Source: an uncultured Gammaproteobacteria bacterium (lineage in GTDB: Bacteria > Patescibacteriota > Patescibacteriia > 2-12-FULL-60-25). From it: a stretch of DNA of 64,000 nucleotides. Below, in pieces: positions 36,255-44,559 of the stretch. The notes beneath the pieces were generated by a model. That model was not told the origin of the DNA, made no database searches, and saw only the letters and a list, made by a program, of their open reading frames with translations. The translations under genes and the position numbers were made by a program. The DNA is taken from the NCBI GenBank assembly GCA_964393325.1, contig CAYMTE010000003.1, positions 17,661 through 81,660 on the forward strand, given 5' to 3'. The number at the start of each line of letters is the position of its first letter. Positions within the stretch are counted from its first letter, which is position 1.

Positions 36255-37400
36255 ATGTTACGCACACGGTCCTCGTTTCTTTCCGCGTTTCTTCTCCTGG
36301 TCGGCACGATTATCGGTGCGGGGGTTTTTGGCGTTCCGCTCGTGTTTTCGCGCATGGGCCTTGTAACCGGGACGCTGGTCTTTTGGGTTGTCGCCGCACT
36401 CGTAACGTGCTCGCATCTGTTGTTTGTCGAAGTGATCGCACGTGATTCGGGACGACATCGATTGCCCGGATATGTGGGGCATGTGCTCGGTGGAACGATG
36501 GAGCATCTCACAACGATGAGTCACGCGCTTCATCTCATGGGTGCGAATTTGGCGTACATCATCCTTGGCGGAGAATTTTTATACGCCCTTCTCGGCTCAA
36601 CGGTTCATGTCGTTGGTGTATTTGGATGGCAGGTATTGTTTTGGGGCGCGGGTGCGCTCACGGTGCTTACCGGATTGCGTGCCATGTCTCGTGTTGAATC
36701 CATCATGACGTGGGTTGAGGTCGGATCCATGGCTCTGATTGCAGGCATCGCCTGCGTGTTCATCCGGCAACCGATTCCGTTTGAGGCACACTGGTCAGAA
36801 GCGACGGCGGGGCTTGGAATCTTTGTCTTCGCGCTTTCCGGTCTCACGGTTATTCCCGAAGTGTACGAGCTTGCCGAAAAACGTCTTCATGTGACGCGCC
36901 GCGTGACGTTGTTGTCATCCGCGTTGACAGCGCTTCTTACCTGGGTGTTCGGCGTCGGCGTATATCTTGCCGCGACACATGACGGGCAGTTGGGGTCAGC
37001 GACGGCGATCGTGCGGATCCTTCCGGCGGGAGTCTCGTGGCTTCTTCCGCTCTTCGGGTTTTTTGCCGTTGCAACGTCGTATCTCACGACAGCGTATGAT
37101 CTTCGATCGATGTATGTGTACGATCTTCGGTGGCGATCGTGGGTCGCATCTTCACTCGCGTTAGGAGCGCCGCTCGTGTTGTTTTTGTTTTTGAGCCGTG
37201 ATTTCTTCCGAACCGTTGATGTGGTCGGTGCGTTATTCAGCGCGTCGAACGCGTTTTTGATTTCCATTGCTGCGTATGTCGCGATGCATCGATCAGGCAA
37301 GCGGCCGCGATGGATCTGGAGCACGCTCGTTCCCATTCTTGCGGCATGCTTGTTTGCCGGTGTGTGGATTCAACGTCTGGTGTCGTGGGGTGTACACTAG
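36255..37400 (+). CDS. Amino-acid permease-like transporter (aromatic/neutral amino acid transporter superfamily)
   Basis: About 11 TM spans and the N-terminal FLLLVGTIIGAGVFGVPLVF motif. ATG 36255 lies 7 nt after TGgTATACT. Confidence 0.55.
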   Translation: MLRTRSSFLSAFLLLVGTIIGAGVFGVPLVFSRMGLVTGTLVFWVVAALVTCSHLLFVEVIARDSGRHRLPGYVGHVLGGTMEHLTTMSHALHLMGANLAYIILGGEFLYALLGSTVHVVGVFGWQVLFWGAGALTVLTGLRAMSRVESIMTWVEVGSMALIAGIACVFIRQPIPFEAHWSEATAGLGIFVFALSGLTVIPEVYELAEKRLHVTRRVTLLSSALTALLTWVFGVGVYLAATHDGQLGSATAIVRILPAGVSWLLPLFGFFAVATSYLTTAYDLRSMYVYDLRWRSWVASSLALGAPLVLFLFLSRDFFRTVDVVGALFSASNAFLISIAAYVAMHRSGKRPRWIWSTLVPILAACLFAGVWIQRLVSWGVH

Positions 37401-37406
37401 TGACGT

Positions 37407-37814
37407 ATGTGGCATCGCTACCTCGCTATTTCAATCTTCAACATTTTCGCAGAGTTCTTCGTGCTCGTCGTTATCCTTGCGTTTGTCTTACCGCAAACGA
37501 CGCCGTCCATCGTGATGCAGATCGTTGGATGGGCGATTGGCGTGCTTGTGACGGTCGGCTGCACATTCGTTGCGCTCGTGCATCGCACACCCGAGCGTCG
37601 TGATGCAATTATGCTCGTGGCGTTTCACGTCGCGTGTTTTATTTTGGTGTATGCAGGGTATGGATTCCTGCTTTCAGACGCAGGCGCCGCGGTGATCGTG
37701 TCGCCAGAAATCGTTGTTCAATTGATTCTTGAATCCTGCGCGATTTGTTTGGTCGCGTTTCATCTTCGACGACGAGCTCTTCAGTCTATGCTTGGCGAAG
37801 GACGCGTGCTGTAG
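37407..37814 (+). CDS. Membrane protein, unknown function
   Basis: 135 aa with 4 hydrophobic spans. It lies 6 nt downstream of the permease stop. Confidence 0.45.
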   Translation: MWHRYLAISIFNIFAEFFVLVVILAFVLPQTTPSIVMQIVGWAIGVLVTVGCTFVALVHRTPERRDAIMLVAFHVACFILVYAGYGFLLSDAGAAVIVSPEIVVQLILESCAICLVAFHLRRRALQSMLGEGRVL

Positions 37815-38647
37815 ATCCCGCGCCGTCGTTGCGCAAGTTCAAAAATATTTTTTGTCAGGAGGGCGATGGTCAATGGCCCAACGCCGCCCGGAACCGGAGA
37901 GAGCCAGCCGTCGATGTCGCTTACCTGTTCGGCATCAACATCGCCGACGACACGACCGTCGGAGGTTCGATTTGTTCCAATGTCGATAACAACCGCACCA
38001 GATTTGATGAGATCGCGTGTGAGGAATTTTGGGCGACCAACGGCGATCACAATGATGTCGGCGTCTTTTACGACCGAGGGAACGAAATCATCTGGATTGA
38101 ACACCGTGACGAACGCACCGGCGCGTTCCAGGAGATGACGAAGCGGTGCGCTGAAGATGTCCGAGTTCGCAAGGATGACGGTTTTTGCGCCACGCATATC
38201 GCGACCGGTTTCGGCGATGAGCCGTAACACGCCTTCATGAACCGGGGGAAAAATCGTCCCTTCGCCGGCGAGGAGCGCGGCATTATTTGTTGGATGAAAT
38301 CCATCGGCGTCTTTTCGTGGATCAATCGCGGCGATGATGGCGTCCGTGTCGTGTCCCGGCGGAAGGGGGACTTGAACGAGAATGGCGTCGATCGTCTCAT
38401 CCGTGTTCCAGGAATGGATGATCGAGAGCAGTTTATCGTCCGTTGTCTCCGCAGGGAGGCGACGAATGTCTGTCTCAATACCAACCTCGGCGCAGATGCG
38501 TTCTTTGCGATTGACGTAGATGTGTGACGCTTGATCGTCGCCGACGAGAAGAGCTCCAAAACGCGGATGAAGTCCGCTTGTGGTGATGGATTCGCGAACC
38601 TCCTGCTGGATGCGGTTTGCGATGGCTTTTCCGTCGATGCGTTGCAT
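37781..38647 (-). CDS. folD: Bifunctional methylenetetrahydrofolate dehydrogenase/cyclohydrolase
   Basis: MQRIDGKAIANRIQ..., LVGDDQASHIYV, ILVQVPLP and PVPGGVGPLTIALL motifs. Start moved to ATG 38647, 7 nt after GTGACT-17-TATTCT. Confidence 0.95.
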   Translation of the reverse strand: MQRIDGKAIANRIQQEVRESITTSGLHPRFGALLVGDDQASHIYVNRKERICAEVGIETDIRRLPAETTDDKLLSIIHSWNTDETIDAILVQVPLPPGHDTDAIIAAIDPRKDADGFHPTNNAALLAGEGTIFPPVHEGVLRLIAETGRDMRGAKTVILANSDIFSAPLRHLLERAGAFVTVFNPDDFVPSVVKDADIIVIAVGRPKFLTRDLIKSGAVVIDIGTNRTSDGRVVGDVDAEQVSDIDGWLSPVPGGVGPLTIALLTKNIFELAQRRRGIYSTRPSPSID

Positions 38648-38654
38648 GGCGCAG

Positions 38655-38683
38655 AGAATACGGGAAAACCGAAAAAAAGTCAC
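38655..38683 (-). promoter_or_regulatory. folD promoter abutting a start codon
   Basis: On the minus strand: GTGACT-17 nt-TATTCT, 7 nt before ATG 38647. Confidence 0.55.
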
Positions 38684-38694
38684 GACAACCTAGA

Positions 38695-38723
38695 TTGACA
38701 ATTTCGTAAAAACGTGCTATTAT
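38695..38723 (+). promoter_or_regulatory. Strong promoter with a long leader upstream of the 38872 gene
   Basis: TTGACA-17 nt-TGcTATTAT. The leader of about 140 nt contains an 8-bp helix (AACACGGC 38754-38761 paired with GCCGTGTT 38792-38799) and ends in the SD AAAGGA. Confidence 0.65.
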
Positions 38724-38871
38724 TGCATGTTCTTTTTATATGTCATTGCGTTGAACACGGCGTTTTGGGGCTCAGCCATGGGCTCTAGCAGGCCGTGTTT
38801 AACATCGAAAACCGTTCATGCGATTGATTCGCAGAAAGCGGGTATCGACGGCACAAAGAAAGGATGACTGC

Positions 38872-39651
38872 ATGGACGAGTCGCTCACGCAGCTCACGAT
38901 CAATATCCCCCCGGAACTCGCGGGGGACATGAGTCATGATCCTCGAATGGTCGAGGTCATGATCAACGCCGCGCGCGAGTACAAGCGCGCGGTGGCGGAG
39001 GCGATGAAGAATCCCTATGAGATGTCCGTCGACGCGCAGCTCACCGCTCTCCGTCGTGCCAACGACGAGGAGAAGTGGGGACTGACCGAGGCGGACTTCA
39101 CGCGCCTCGAGGCGACGGCGCCGGCATGGCCGAAGGGCAAGCGTGCCTTTCGGCTGCTCCGCGTCCGTTTCGGCGAGGGAGACAAGGGCGTCTCCTCGAC
39201 GTATGAGGCGCACCTCGCGCACATCCGGCGCATCTTCAGTGCGAGCGGTGTGTGGTGTTGGGAACATCTCTGTTCGGAGGGCGGAATCGCGCTCCTGAAC
39301 GGAAATCACACGCACCACCCCTGCGTCGACTGGATCCTCGCGGATCTGGGCGCGCACCAAGAGCATGAGAGCGTCATCGCGGTGCGCGACGCGACGTCGC
39401 TCGCCGACGAGATGCTCGTCGCCGCGTGGATGTTCCCGGAGATGATCCGGGACATCGACTACGAGAAGGTGCCGGGGTATATCGTCGCGGGCTACGGGGT
39501 GAATGCCCCTGCTCGCGGCGGTGAGGCCTGGCGCCACGCCCTCGTCCTGCGGTATTGCCGTGGGCGACGAGAGGTGGTGCTGCATGGGATCGACCGCAAC
39601 AAACGCGGTTCTGGTCTCACGGTGCCACGCATGATGCAGTCCGCCTCGTGA
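38872..39651 (+). CDS. Hypothetical protein, uncharacterised family (paralog of 58066-59049)
   Basis: The sense frame reads as a normal globular protein, whereas the antisense ORF at 38785-39585 is Arg/His-rich. The SD AAAGGA lies 7 nt before ATG 38872. Third codon positions are strongly G/C-rich compared with neighbouring genes. Confidence 0.55.
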   Translation: MDESLTQLTINIPPELAGDMSHDPRMVEVMINAAREYKRAVAEAMKNPYEMSVDAQLTALRRANDEEKWGLTEADFTRLEATAPAWPKGKRAFRLLRVRFGEGDKGVSSTYEAHLAHIRRIFSASGVWCWEHLCSEGGIALLNGNHTHHPCVDWILADLGAHQEHESVIAVRDATSLADEMLVAAWMFPEMIRDIDYEKVPGYIVAGYGVNAPARGGEAWRHALVLRYCRGRREVVLHGIDRNKRGSGLTVPRMMQSAS

Positions 39652-39675
39652 CGGCTTGACGAGGCAGGCTGCTTC

Positions 39676-39684
39676 TGCTATATA
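39676..39684 (+). promoter_or_regulatory. Possible extended -10 for the candidate ncRNA
   Basis: TGcTATATA. No clear -35 was found. Confidence 0.35.
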
Positions 39685-39690
39685 GGTTCT

Positions 39691-40040
39691 AGATCTTTGA
39701 GACTCGCCTCATCGGGGAATGGTTCCTCGTGAGGCGGCGGATAGTGGTTGACCTCGCAATCAAACGCTATCGAATCCGGTGAGACGTGTTGTGAAGCGCC
39801 TGTCGACTTGGTAGGTCCTCCGGGCGTATCGAGCAACACGTTTCCGGGAGTATTAAGAGTCTGCGCGGCGGATTCCGCAGTCAGGGAGAGATGTGGTTCG
39901 GGTGCGGTTTGGGTACCCCCTCCCACGAGCCGGCTTGGTACACGTTTCTCCTCCTCTTGGTACGTCCTCGTTCCTTTTCTTCACACGCGGTGCAGATACC
40001 GCGTTCACTTGAACACCTTTACGGGTGTTCTTTCTTTTTA
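39691..40040 (+). ncRNA. Candidate structured non-coding RNA of unknown class (about 350 nt)
   Basis: The segment is free of credible genes. An upstream TGcTATATA element lies at 39676-39684. Stacked helices are present: a 14-bp hairpin at 39705-39736, a long-range helix 39776-39791/39834-39847, and hairpins at 39861-39880 and 39985-40004. It ends in an intrinsic terminator, GAACACC-loop-GGTGTTC plus a T-run, at 40011-40040. Confidence 0.3.
40011..40040 (+). terminator. Intrinsic terminator ending the candidate ncRNA
   Basis: GAACACC-tttacg-GGTGTTC followed by TTTCTTTTTA. The T-run is present only on the plus strand. Confidence 0.7.
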
Positions 40041-40042
40041 TC

Positions 40043-40070
40043 AAACAGAGACCATGCGTGGTCTCTGTTT
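40043..40070 (-). terminator. Terminator after glyA (bidirectional hairpin)
   Basis: An 11-bp stem AAACAGAGACC/GGTCTCTGTTT flanked by A/T runs. Confidence 0.75.
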
Positions 40071-40079
40071 TCGGATGGT

Positions 40080-41417
40080 TTACACGCCGGGAATCGGGAA
40101 GCGATTGCAGAGCGCACGAACTTCCTCGCGAAGTGTTGGGTAGAACGGATCGGATGCAAGCGACGCGGCGAACTCTTTCATCGTTGTACTTCGAGCATCT
40201 TTGTCTGTCGGCATGTGCTGTTCTTTGAGATGGTCTGCGACGCGATGGATCCAGTTCGCGATCATCTTCATTTCTTCCGTTCCCATGCTGCGTGATGTTG
40301 CGGCGGGCGTACCGATGCGAAGACCGGACGGAAAGAGCGCGGAGCCTTGGTCATTCGGCACGGTGTTCATGTTTGCGTACAAGCCGATGCGCTCGAGCGC
40401 GAGATGGAAAAATTTTCCGCGACCTGCTCCCGATGGCGTAAGGTCGATCAAGATGAGATGGTTGTCCGTTCCACCCGAGACGAGTGTGAATCCGTGTTCA
40501 ATGAGCGCGGATGCGAGTGTGGCGGCGTTTGATACGACCGATGCCGCATATGTCTGAAATGCAGGCGACATGGCCTCGGATAGCGCGACACCAATGCCGG
40601 CAATGGTATTCAGATGCGGTCCGCCTTGCAGACCGGGAATGATTGCTTTATCGATCTTCGTGCCGAGTTCCGGATCTTTTGCGAGCCCTTTGTCGGTTGC
40701 GAGAATCATGGCGCCGCGAGGACCGCGAAGTGTTTTATGCGTCGTTGTCGTGACGAGATGCGCGTAGGCGACCGGGCTCTCATGGGCGCCTCCCGCCACG
40801 AGACCCGCGATATGCGAGATGTCTGCAACGAGATACGCACCGATCTCATCCGCGATCTTCGCGAATTCCGCAAACGGGATGGCGCGCGGAACGGCCGTAC
40901 CGCCGCACCAGATCACCTTCGGCTTGTGTTCGTGCGCGAGCGCTCGAATCTCATCGAAGTTAAAGGATCCATCTGCGTTCAGGTGATACGGGACGCTCTT
41001 CCAGAGTTTTGCTGTGGCGTTGTATTTCCAGCCATGCGTGAGATGTCCACCCGCAAGCAGGTCGAGACCCATGAAGGTATCACCCGGCTCAAGAAGTGCG
41101 AGATACACGGCGAGGTTTGCCGGGCTGCCGGAGTATGGTTGAACGTTTGCGTACGGAACGCCGAAGAGCTTCTTTGCGCGGTCTTGCACGAGACTCTCGA
41201 CCTTATCCGCAACCTCGTTGCCGGTGTAGTAGCGCCGACCCGGATATCCTTCAGCGTATTTATCGCTCAACGTCGATGCGAGCGCTTCAAGTACCGCCGC
41301 GGACGTATGATTTTCAGACGGGATGAGCTCGAGACCGTCTTGCTGTCGCGTTGTTTCTGCTTCGAGAAGCGCGAGGATGTCCGGATCTTGTTTCCGGAGT
41401 TGGTCAAATGTTGGCAT
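40080..41417 (-). CDS. glyA: Serine hydroxymethyltransferase
   Basis: ELIPSENHTS, GYPGRRYYTGNE and TTTHKTLRGPRG (PLP lysine) motifs. Confidence 0.95.
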   Translation of the reverse strand: MPTFDQLRKQDPDILALLEAETTRQQDGLELIPSENHTSAAVLEALASTLSDKYAEGYPGRRYYTGNEVADKVESLVQDRAKKLFGVPYANVQPYSGSPANLAVYLALLEPGDTFMGLDLLAGGHLTHGWKYNATAKLWKSVPYHLNADGSFNFDEIRALAHEHKPKVIWCGGTAVPRAIPFAEFAKIADEIGAYLVADISHIAGLVAGGAHESPVAYAHLVTTTTHKTLRGPRGAMILATDKGLAKDPELGTKIDKAIIPGLQGGPHLNTIAGIGVALSEAMSPAFQTYAASVVSNAATLASALIEHGFTLVSGGTDNHLILIDLTPSGAGRGKFFHLALERIGLYANMNTVPNDQGSALFPSGLRIGTPAATSRSMGTEEMKMIANWIHRVADHLKEQHMPTDKDARSTTMKEFAASLASDPFYPTLREEVRALCNRFPIPGV

Positions 41418-41423
41418 GGCAAG

Positions 41424-41452
41424 ATGGTACGGGCTCGAACGTGAATAGGCAA
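41424..41452 (-). promoter_or_regulatory. glyA promoter abutting a start codon
   Basis: On the minus strand: TTGCCT-17 nt-TACCAT, 6 nt before ATG 41417. Confidence 0.6.
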
Positions 41453-41494
41453 TGACGTTTTTCTTTTTTTACAAAATCGCGTACCCTTGGCGAT

Positions 41495-42907
41495 ATGACT
41501 GTTTCACAGGTGAAATCCGTCCATCTTGTTGGTGCGGGCGGGATCAATATGAGTGCGGTTGGGAAGCTCTTACTCGCGGCGGGCGTGAAGGTGTCCGGAT
41601 CGGATGTCGTCGAGAGTGAACAGACGAAACTTCTCGCGGAACGCGGGGCATCTATTTCGATTGGAGAATCCGCAGAGCATATCCCCGCGGACTGTGAGTT
41701 GCTGATTTATACGTCTGCGGCGCCAGCGACAAACGTTGAACGTATGGCTGCGGCAGCGCGGCAGATTCCGGAGATGACGAATTTTACGTTTCTCGGTGAA
41801 TGGTTCACGAATGCAAAGACGTATGTCGTCACGGGGACGCATGGCAAAAGTACGACGACGGCATTGCTTGGATTGATTCTCGAGCGTGCAGGTTTGAATC
41901 CAACGGTCGTCGTCGGAAGTAAAGTCCCCGGTTTTCCAGAAGGAAACTTGCGACCGGGAGCGTCGGATCTCTTTGTTGTCGAAGGCGATGAATACGCTCG
42001 GCATTTTTTGGAGTTTCATCCCGACGGCGTGATCCTGAACAACTTGGAACTCGATCACACGGACGTCTTTCGTGGCATTGAGGCGCTCATTTCTGCCTTC
42101 CATGAGCTTGTGACGCAGGTGCGTGACGGCGGCGTTGTTGTTGCGAACGTTTCGGACGAACGCATTGCACGGCTCATCGAGACAGAGCGGGAATCGCTCG
42201 TGTCGCGCGGGATTCGCATCATTCCGTTTGGTGATGAGGCGACGGGTGGGGAGATGTGGATGGTGTCGAGCACGCAACAAGAGGTGCATCGTGTGGTTAC
42301 CGTGGAACAACCGGGAACGACGTATCGGTTTAATCTTTCAATTCCTGGTCATTTTAACGCGATGAATGCTGCTGGAGCGTTTTTGCTCGCGCGGGAGATG
42401 GGTGTGAGCTATCCCGATGAAGCGGCGGCTCTTGAGGCGTTCACCGGAATCTGGAGACGGTTCGAGTTTGTTGGTGAGCATGCCGGCGCACGCGTGTATT
42501 CGGATTACGGCCATCATCCGACGGCGGTCATGGAAACCGTGAGCGCGGCGAAGGAATCGTTTCCACATCAACGCGTCCTGTTGTGTTTTCAGCCGCATCA
42601 TCGGAATCGAACAAAGAGTCTCTTTTTGGATTTTGTTCCGTCGTTCGATGCAGCAGACGTTCTTGTATTGTGTGAAATTTATGACGTTGCAGGTCGTGAT
42701 GCGAAGGAAGATGCGGATGTTTCGTCGCATGATCTCGTGGATGCGGTGGTGCGACACGATGCGGATCGCGGTGTGACGCGGACGGTCGAATACGCGGCGG
42801 ATCCGACCACGGCGGTACGACGAGTCCTTGAACTTGCCGCCGCCGGCGATATCGTCATCTGCATGGGCGCCGGTGATATCGACGGTGCCGTTCGCGCAAA
42901 CGTATGA
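41495..42907 (+). CDS. murC: UDP-N-acetylmuramate--L-alanine ligase
   Basis: VHLVGAGGINMSAVG, VTGTHGKSTTT and the Mur ligase central and C-terminal patterns. Confidence 0.9.
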   Translation: MTVSQVKSVHLVGAGGINMSAVGKLLLAAGVKVSGSDVVESEQTKLLAERGASISIGESAEHIPADCELLIYTSAAPATNVERMAAAARQIPEMTNFTFLGEWFTNAKTYVVTGTHGKSTTTALLGLILERAGLNPTVVVGSKVPGFPEGNLRPGASDLFVVEGDEYARHFLEFHPDGVILNNLELDHTDVFRGIEALISAFHELVTQVRDGGVVVANVSDERIARLIETERESLVSRGIRIIPFGDEATGGEMWMVSSTQQEVHRVVTVEQPGTTYRFNLSIPGHFNAMNAAGAFLLAREMGVSYPDEAAALEAFTGIWRRFEFVGEHAGARVYSDYGHHPTAVMETVSAAKESFPHQRVLLCFQPHHRNRTKSLFLDFVPSFDAADVLVLCEIYDVAGRDAKEDADVSSHDLVDAVVRHDADRGVTRTVEYAADPTTAVRRVLELAAAGDIVICMGAGDIDGAVRANV

Positions 42908-43890
42908 CTCCACTCACGCAAGAACATATTGATGCGTATCTCGCTGTGATCCCGTCTGCACGACGAGACGAGCCGATCGCGCCAAAGATGTATCTCAAAA
43001 TCGGCGGGCCGGCGCGGTTATTCGTGGTGGCTAATTCGTCGGAAGAACTTCTTGCGGCGGTTCATGCGGCAACGAAGGTGGGTATTCCGTGGTACGTGTT
43101 CGGTGGTGGGTCGAATATGCTCGTGTCTGATGAGGGATATGAGGGCGTATTGATCCAGGCGGCGAGCCGCGCGGTTCGTATCGAAGGCACGCGGATCATC
43201 GCGGATGCGGGATGTTTGAGTGGGGTTATTGCAAAGAACGCCGTTCGTGCCGGACTTGTCGGATTTGAATGGGGCGTCGGACTTCCGGGTACGATCGGCG
43301 GCGCCGTGTATGGGAATGCGGGATGTTTTGGGGGCGAGATGAAGGACGTTGTGGAATCCGTGCATGCGTATACAGTTCGTGAACAGCGCGACGTCGTGTT
43401 AACCGGCGATGCGTGTGAGTTCGGGTATCGAGAAAGTATGTTTAAGCGTGAGCCGCACGTTATTTTGGATGTGACGCTCGCGCTGCACGAAGGTGATTCG
43501 GCGGCGGCGCAGCAAAAGCTCGAAGAGATCATGGCAAAGCGGAAAGACACGCAGCCGCAAGGGGCATTTACGGCCGGATGCTTGTTTAAGAATATTGCGT
43601 ATCAAGATGAATCCGTTTTGGAGACGGCGAAACGTGAGCTAGCAATTCCTCCGGAGATGCTCGCTGCGAAGCGAATTCCTGCTGGATGGGTGATTGATCA
43701 GCTCGGTCTCAAGGGGAAGACGATTGGCAAGGCACAGGTCTCGCCGGTACACGGGAATTTTTTGGTGAATCTTGGTGGTGCGCGGGCGAGCGACGTGATT
43801 CAGCTCTCGAGCATCATAAAAATGAATGTACGAGACAGGCTGGGTCTCTTGTTGCAAGACGAGGTTCAGTACGTTGGATTTGATCGATGA
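42904..43890 (+). CDS. murB: UDP-N-acetylenolpyruvoylglucosamine reductase
   Basis: FAD-binding pattern (GGGSNMLVSDEGYEGVLI) and the C-terminal AGWVIDQLGLKG...VSPVHGNFLVN. The start forms an ATGA overlap with murC. Confidence 0.9.
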   Translation: MTPLTQEHIDAYLAVIPSARRDEPIAPKMYLKIGGPARLFVVANSSEELLAAVHAATKVGIPWYVFGGGSNMLVSDEGYEGVLIQAASRAVRIEGTRIIADAGCLSGVIAKNAVRAGLVGFEWGVGLPGTIGGAVYGNAGCFGGEMKDVVESVHAYTVREQRDVVLTGDACEFGYRESMFKREPHVILDVTLALHEGDSAAAQQKLEEIMAKRKDTQPQGAFTAGCLFKNIAYQDESVLETAKRELAIPPEMLAAKRIPAGWVIDQLGLKGKTIGKAQVSPVHGNFLVNLGGARASDVIQLSSIIKMNVRDRLGLLLQDEVQYVGFDR

Positions 43891-43981
43891 AGCGAATGAT
43901 TCGCGCATGAGCGGAATGATTTGATCTAGATTTTTTTCGTTGTGCGTGGTATTTCATTCTGGCCACAAACGGAGGTGATGA

Positions 43982-44476
43982 ATGGATCGTGAGGATCTCT
44001 TGCGGCAGATTCCTTGGGTGAACCGGTTCGATCCGGCGCAACTCTGTGAGGTATTAAAACAACGACGCGCAGTTCGCATCTTTCTGAACGAGGAGATGTC
44101 GACACATCTGCTCCGTCGTCTCTCGTATGACGTGTTGCTCGCCCTTGCGCCGCATCTCGTGCGGTATGCGAAGGTCGCGAACACGGAAGACGTGCTCTTT
44201 GCGTTTCTCGTCGCGATCCGTTTGGATCGTTGTCCCATTCAGCTGTGTATCGACGGCACATGGATTGAGGTTGAGCCGATAGCGCGCTCGATCATCGTCT
44301 GTGTCGGCGATGCATTACCGGAGTATCACAAGGCGTATCGCGCGTGCTCGTATCGGTGGAGCGATGAGCATGCTCGAGAGCTTCCTGTTGCTCTTGAGCC
44401 GGATCCATCGTCCCTTATGCCGAACGGTCAGCTTGTCCGCGAGCGAAAACGGACAATCTTGCAGAGGATTGACTAG
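43982..44476 (+). CDS. Hypothetical protein
   Basis: 164-aa ORF with a perfect SD GGAGGTGA 6 nt from the ATG, followed by an intrinsic terminator. I recognised no motif. Confidence 0.5.
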   Translation: MDREDLLRQIPWVNRFDPAQLCEVLKQRRAVRIFLNEEMSTHLLRRLSYDVLLALAPHLVRYAKVANTEDVLFAFLVAIRLDRCPIQLCIDGTWIEVEPIARSIIVCVGDALPEYHKAYRACSYRWSDEHARELPVALEPDPSSLMPNGQLVRERKRTILQRID

Positions 44477-44497
44477 ATGCGCGGAGCGTGTCTCTTG

Positions 44498-44521
44498 CCT
44501 GGCGTTCGCCGGGTTTTTTTT
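44498..44521 (+). terminator. Intrinsic terminator
   Basis: CCTGGC-gttc-GCCGGG followed by TTTTTTTT. Confidence 0.65.
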
Positions 44522-44522
44522 C

Positions 44523-44551
44523 TTGAAACGGGACAGCGTGGGGGATACGAT
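44523..44551 (+). promoter_or_regulatory. hpf promoter abutting a start codon
   Basis: TTGAAA-17 nt-TACGAT, 8 nt before ATG 44560. Confidence 0.6.
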
Positions 44552-44559
44552 AGATGCAT

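Noticed and set aside
38727-38864. 45-aa ORF starting at an ATG 3 nt after the strong -10 at 38718-38723.
   Set aside because: The ATG lies upstream of the predicted transcription start, about 7 nt after the -10. The peptide has no features of a real protein. The region is treated as the 5' leader of the 38872 gene.
38785-39585. 266-aa minus-strand ORF overlapping the 38872-39651 gene. Similar long antisense ORFs occur at 40614-41444, 25811-26812, 17990-18850, 45470-46165, 51715-52569, 48824-49489, 41570-42310, 12317-13012 and 55003-55626.
   Set aside because: Their translations are Arg/His/Pro-rich and low in complexity, as expected for the antisense frame of G/C-rich coding DNA. In each case the opposite strand carries a protein with clear family motifs or normal composition.
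39678-39926. 82-aa minus-strand ORF (P/T/G-rich), plus a 19-aa ORF with a textbook RBS (AGGAGGAG then GTG at about 39943) inside the same segment.
   Set aside because: The 82-aa ORF has low-complexity composition, a GTG start with no SD or -10 element at the expected distance, and no recognisable motif. I kept this open as an alternative explanation but did not call it as a gene.
39691-40040. Identification of the structured intergenic segment as RNase P RNA, tmRNA, SRP RNA or a tRNA.
   Set aside because: I could not find the hallmark motifs on either strand. There is no GGAAAGUCCGG/ACAGAAxCCGGCUUA pair, no GGGG...UCCACCA tRNA-like ends with a tag ORF, no GGAA-capped SRP helix 8, and no tRNA cloverleaf. 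The 9-mer GGGTGCGGT shared with E. coli M1 RNA is about what chance predicts for two sequences of about 380 nt.
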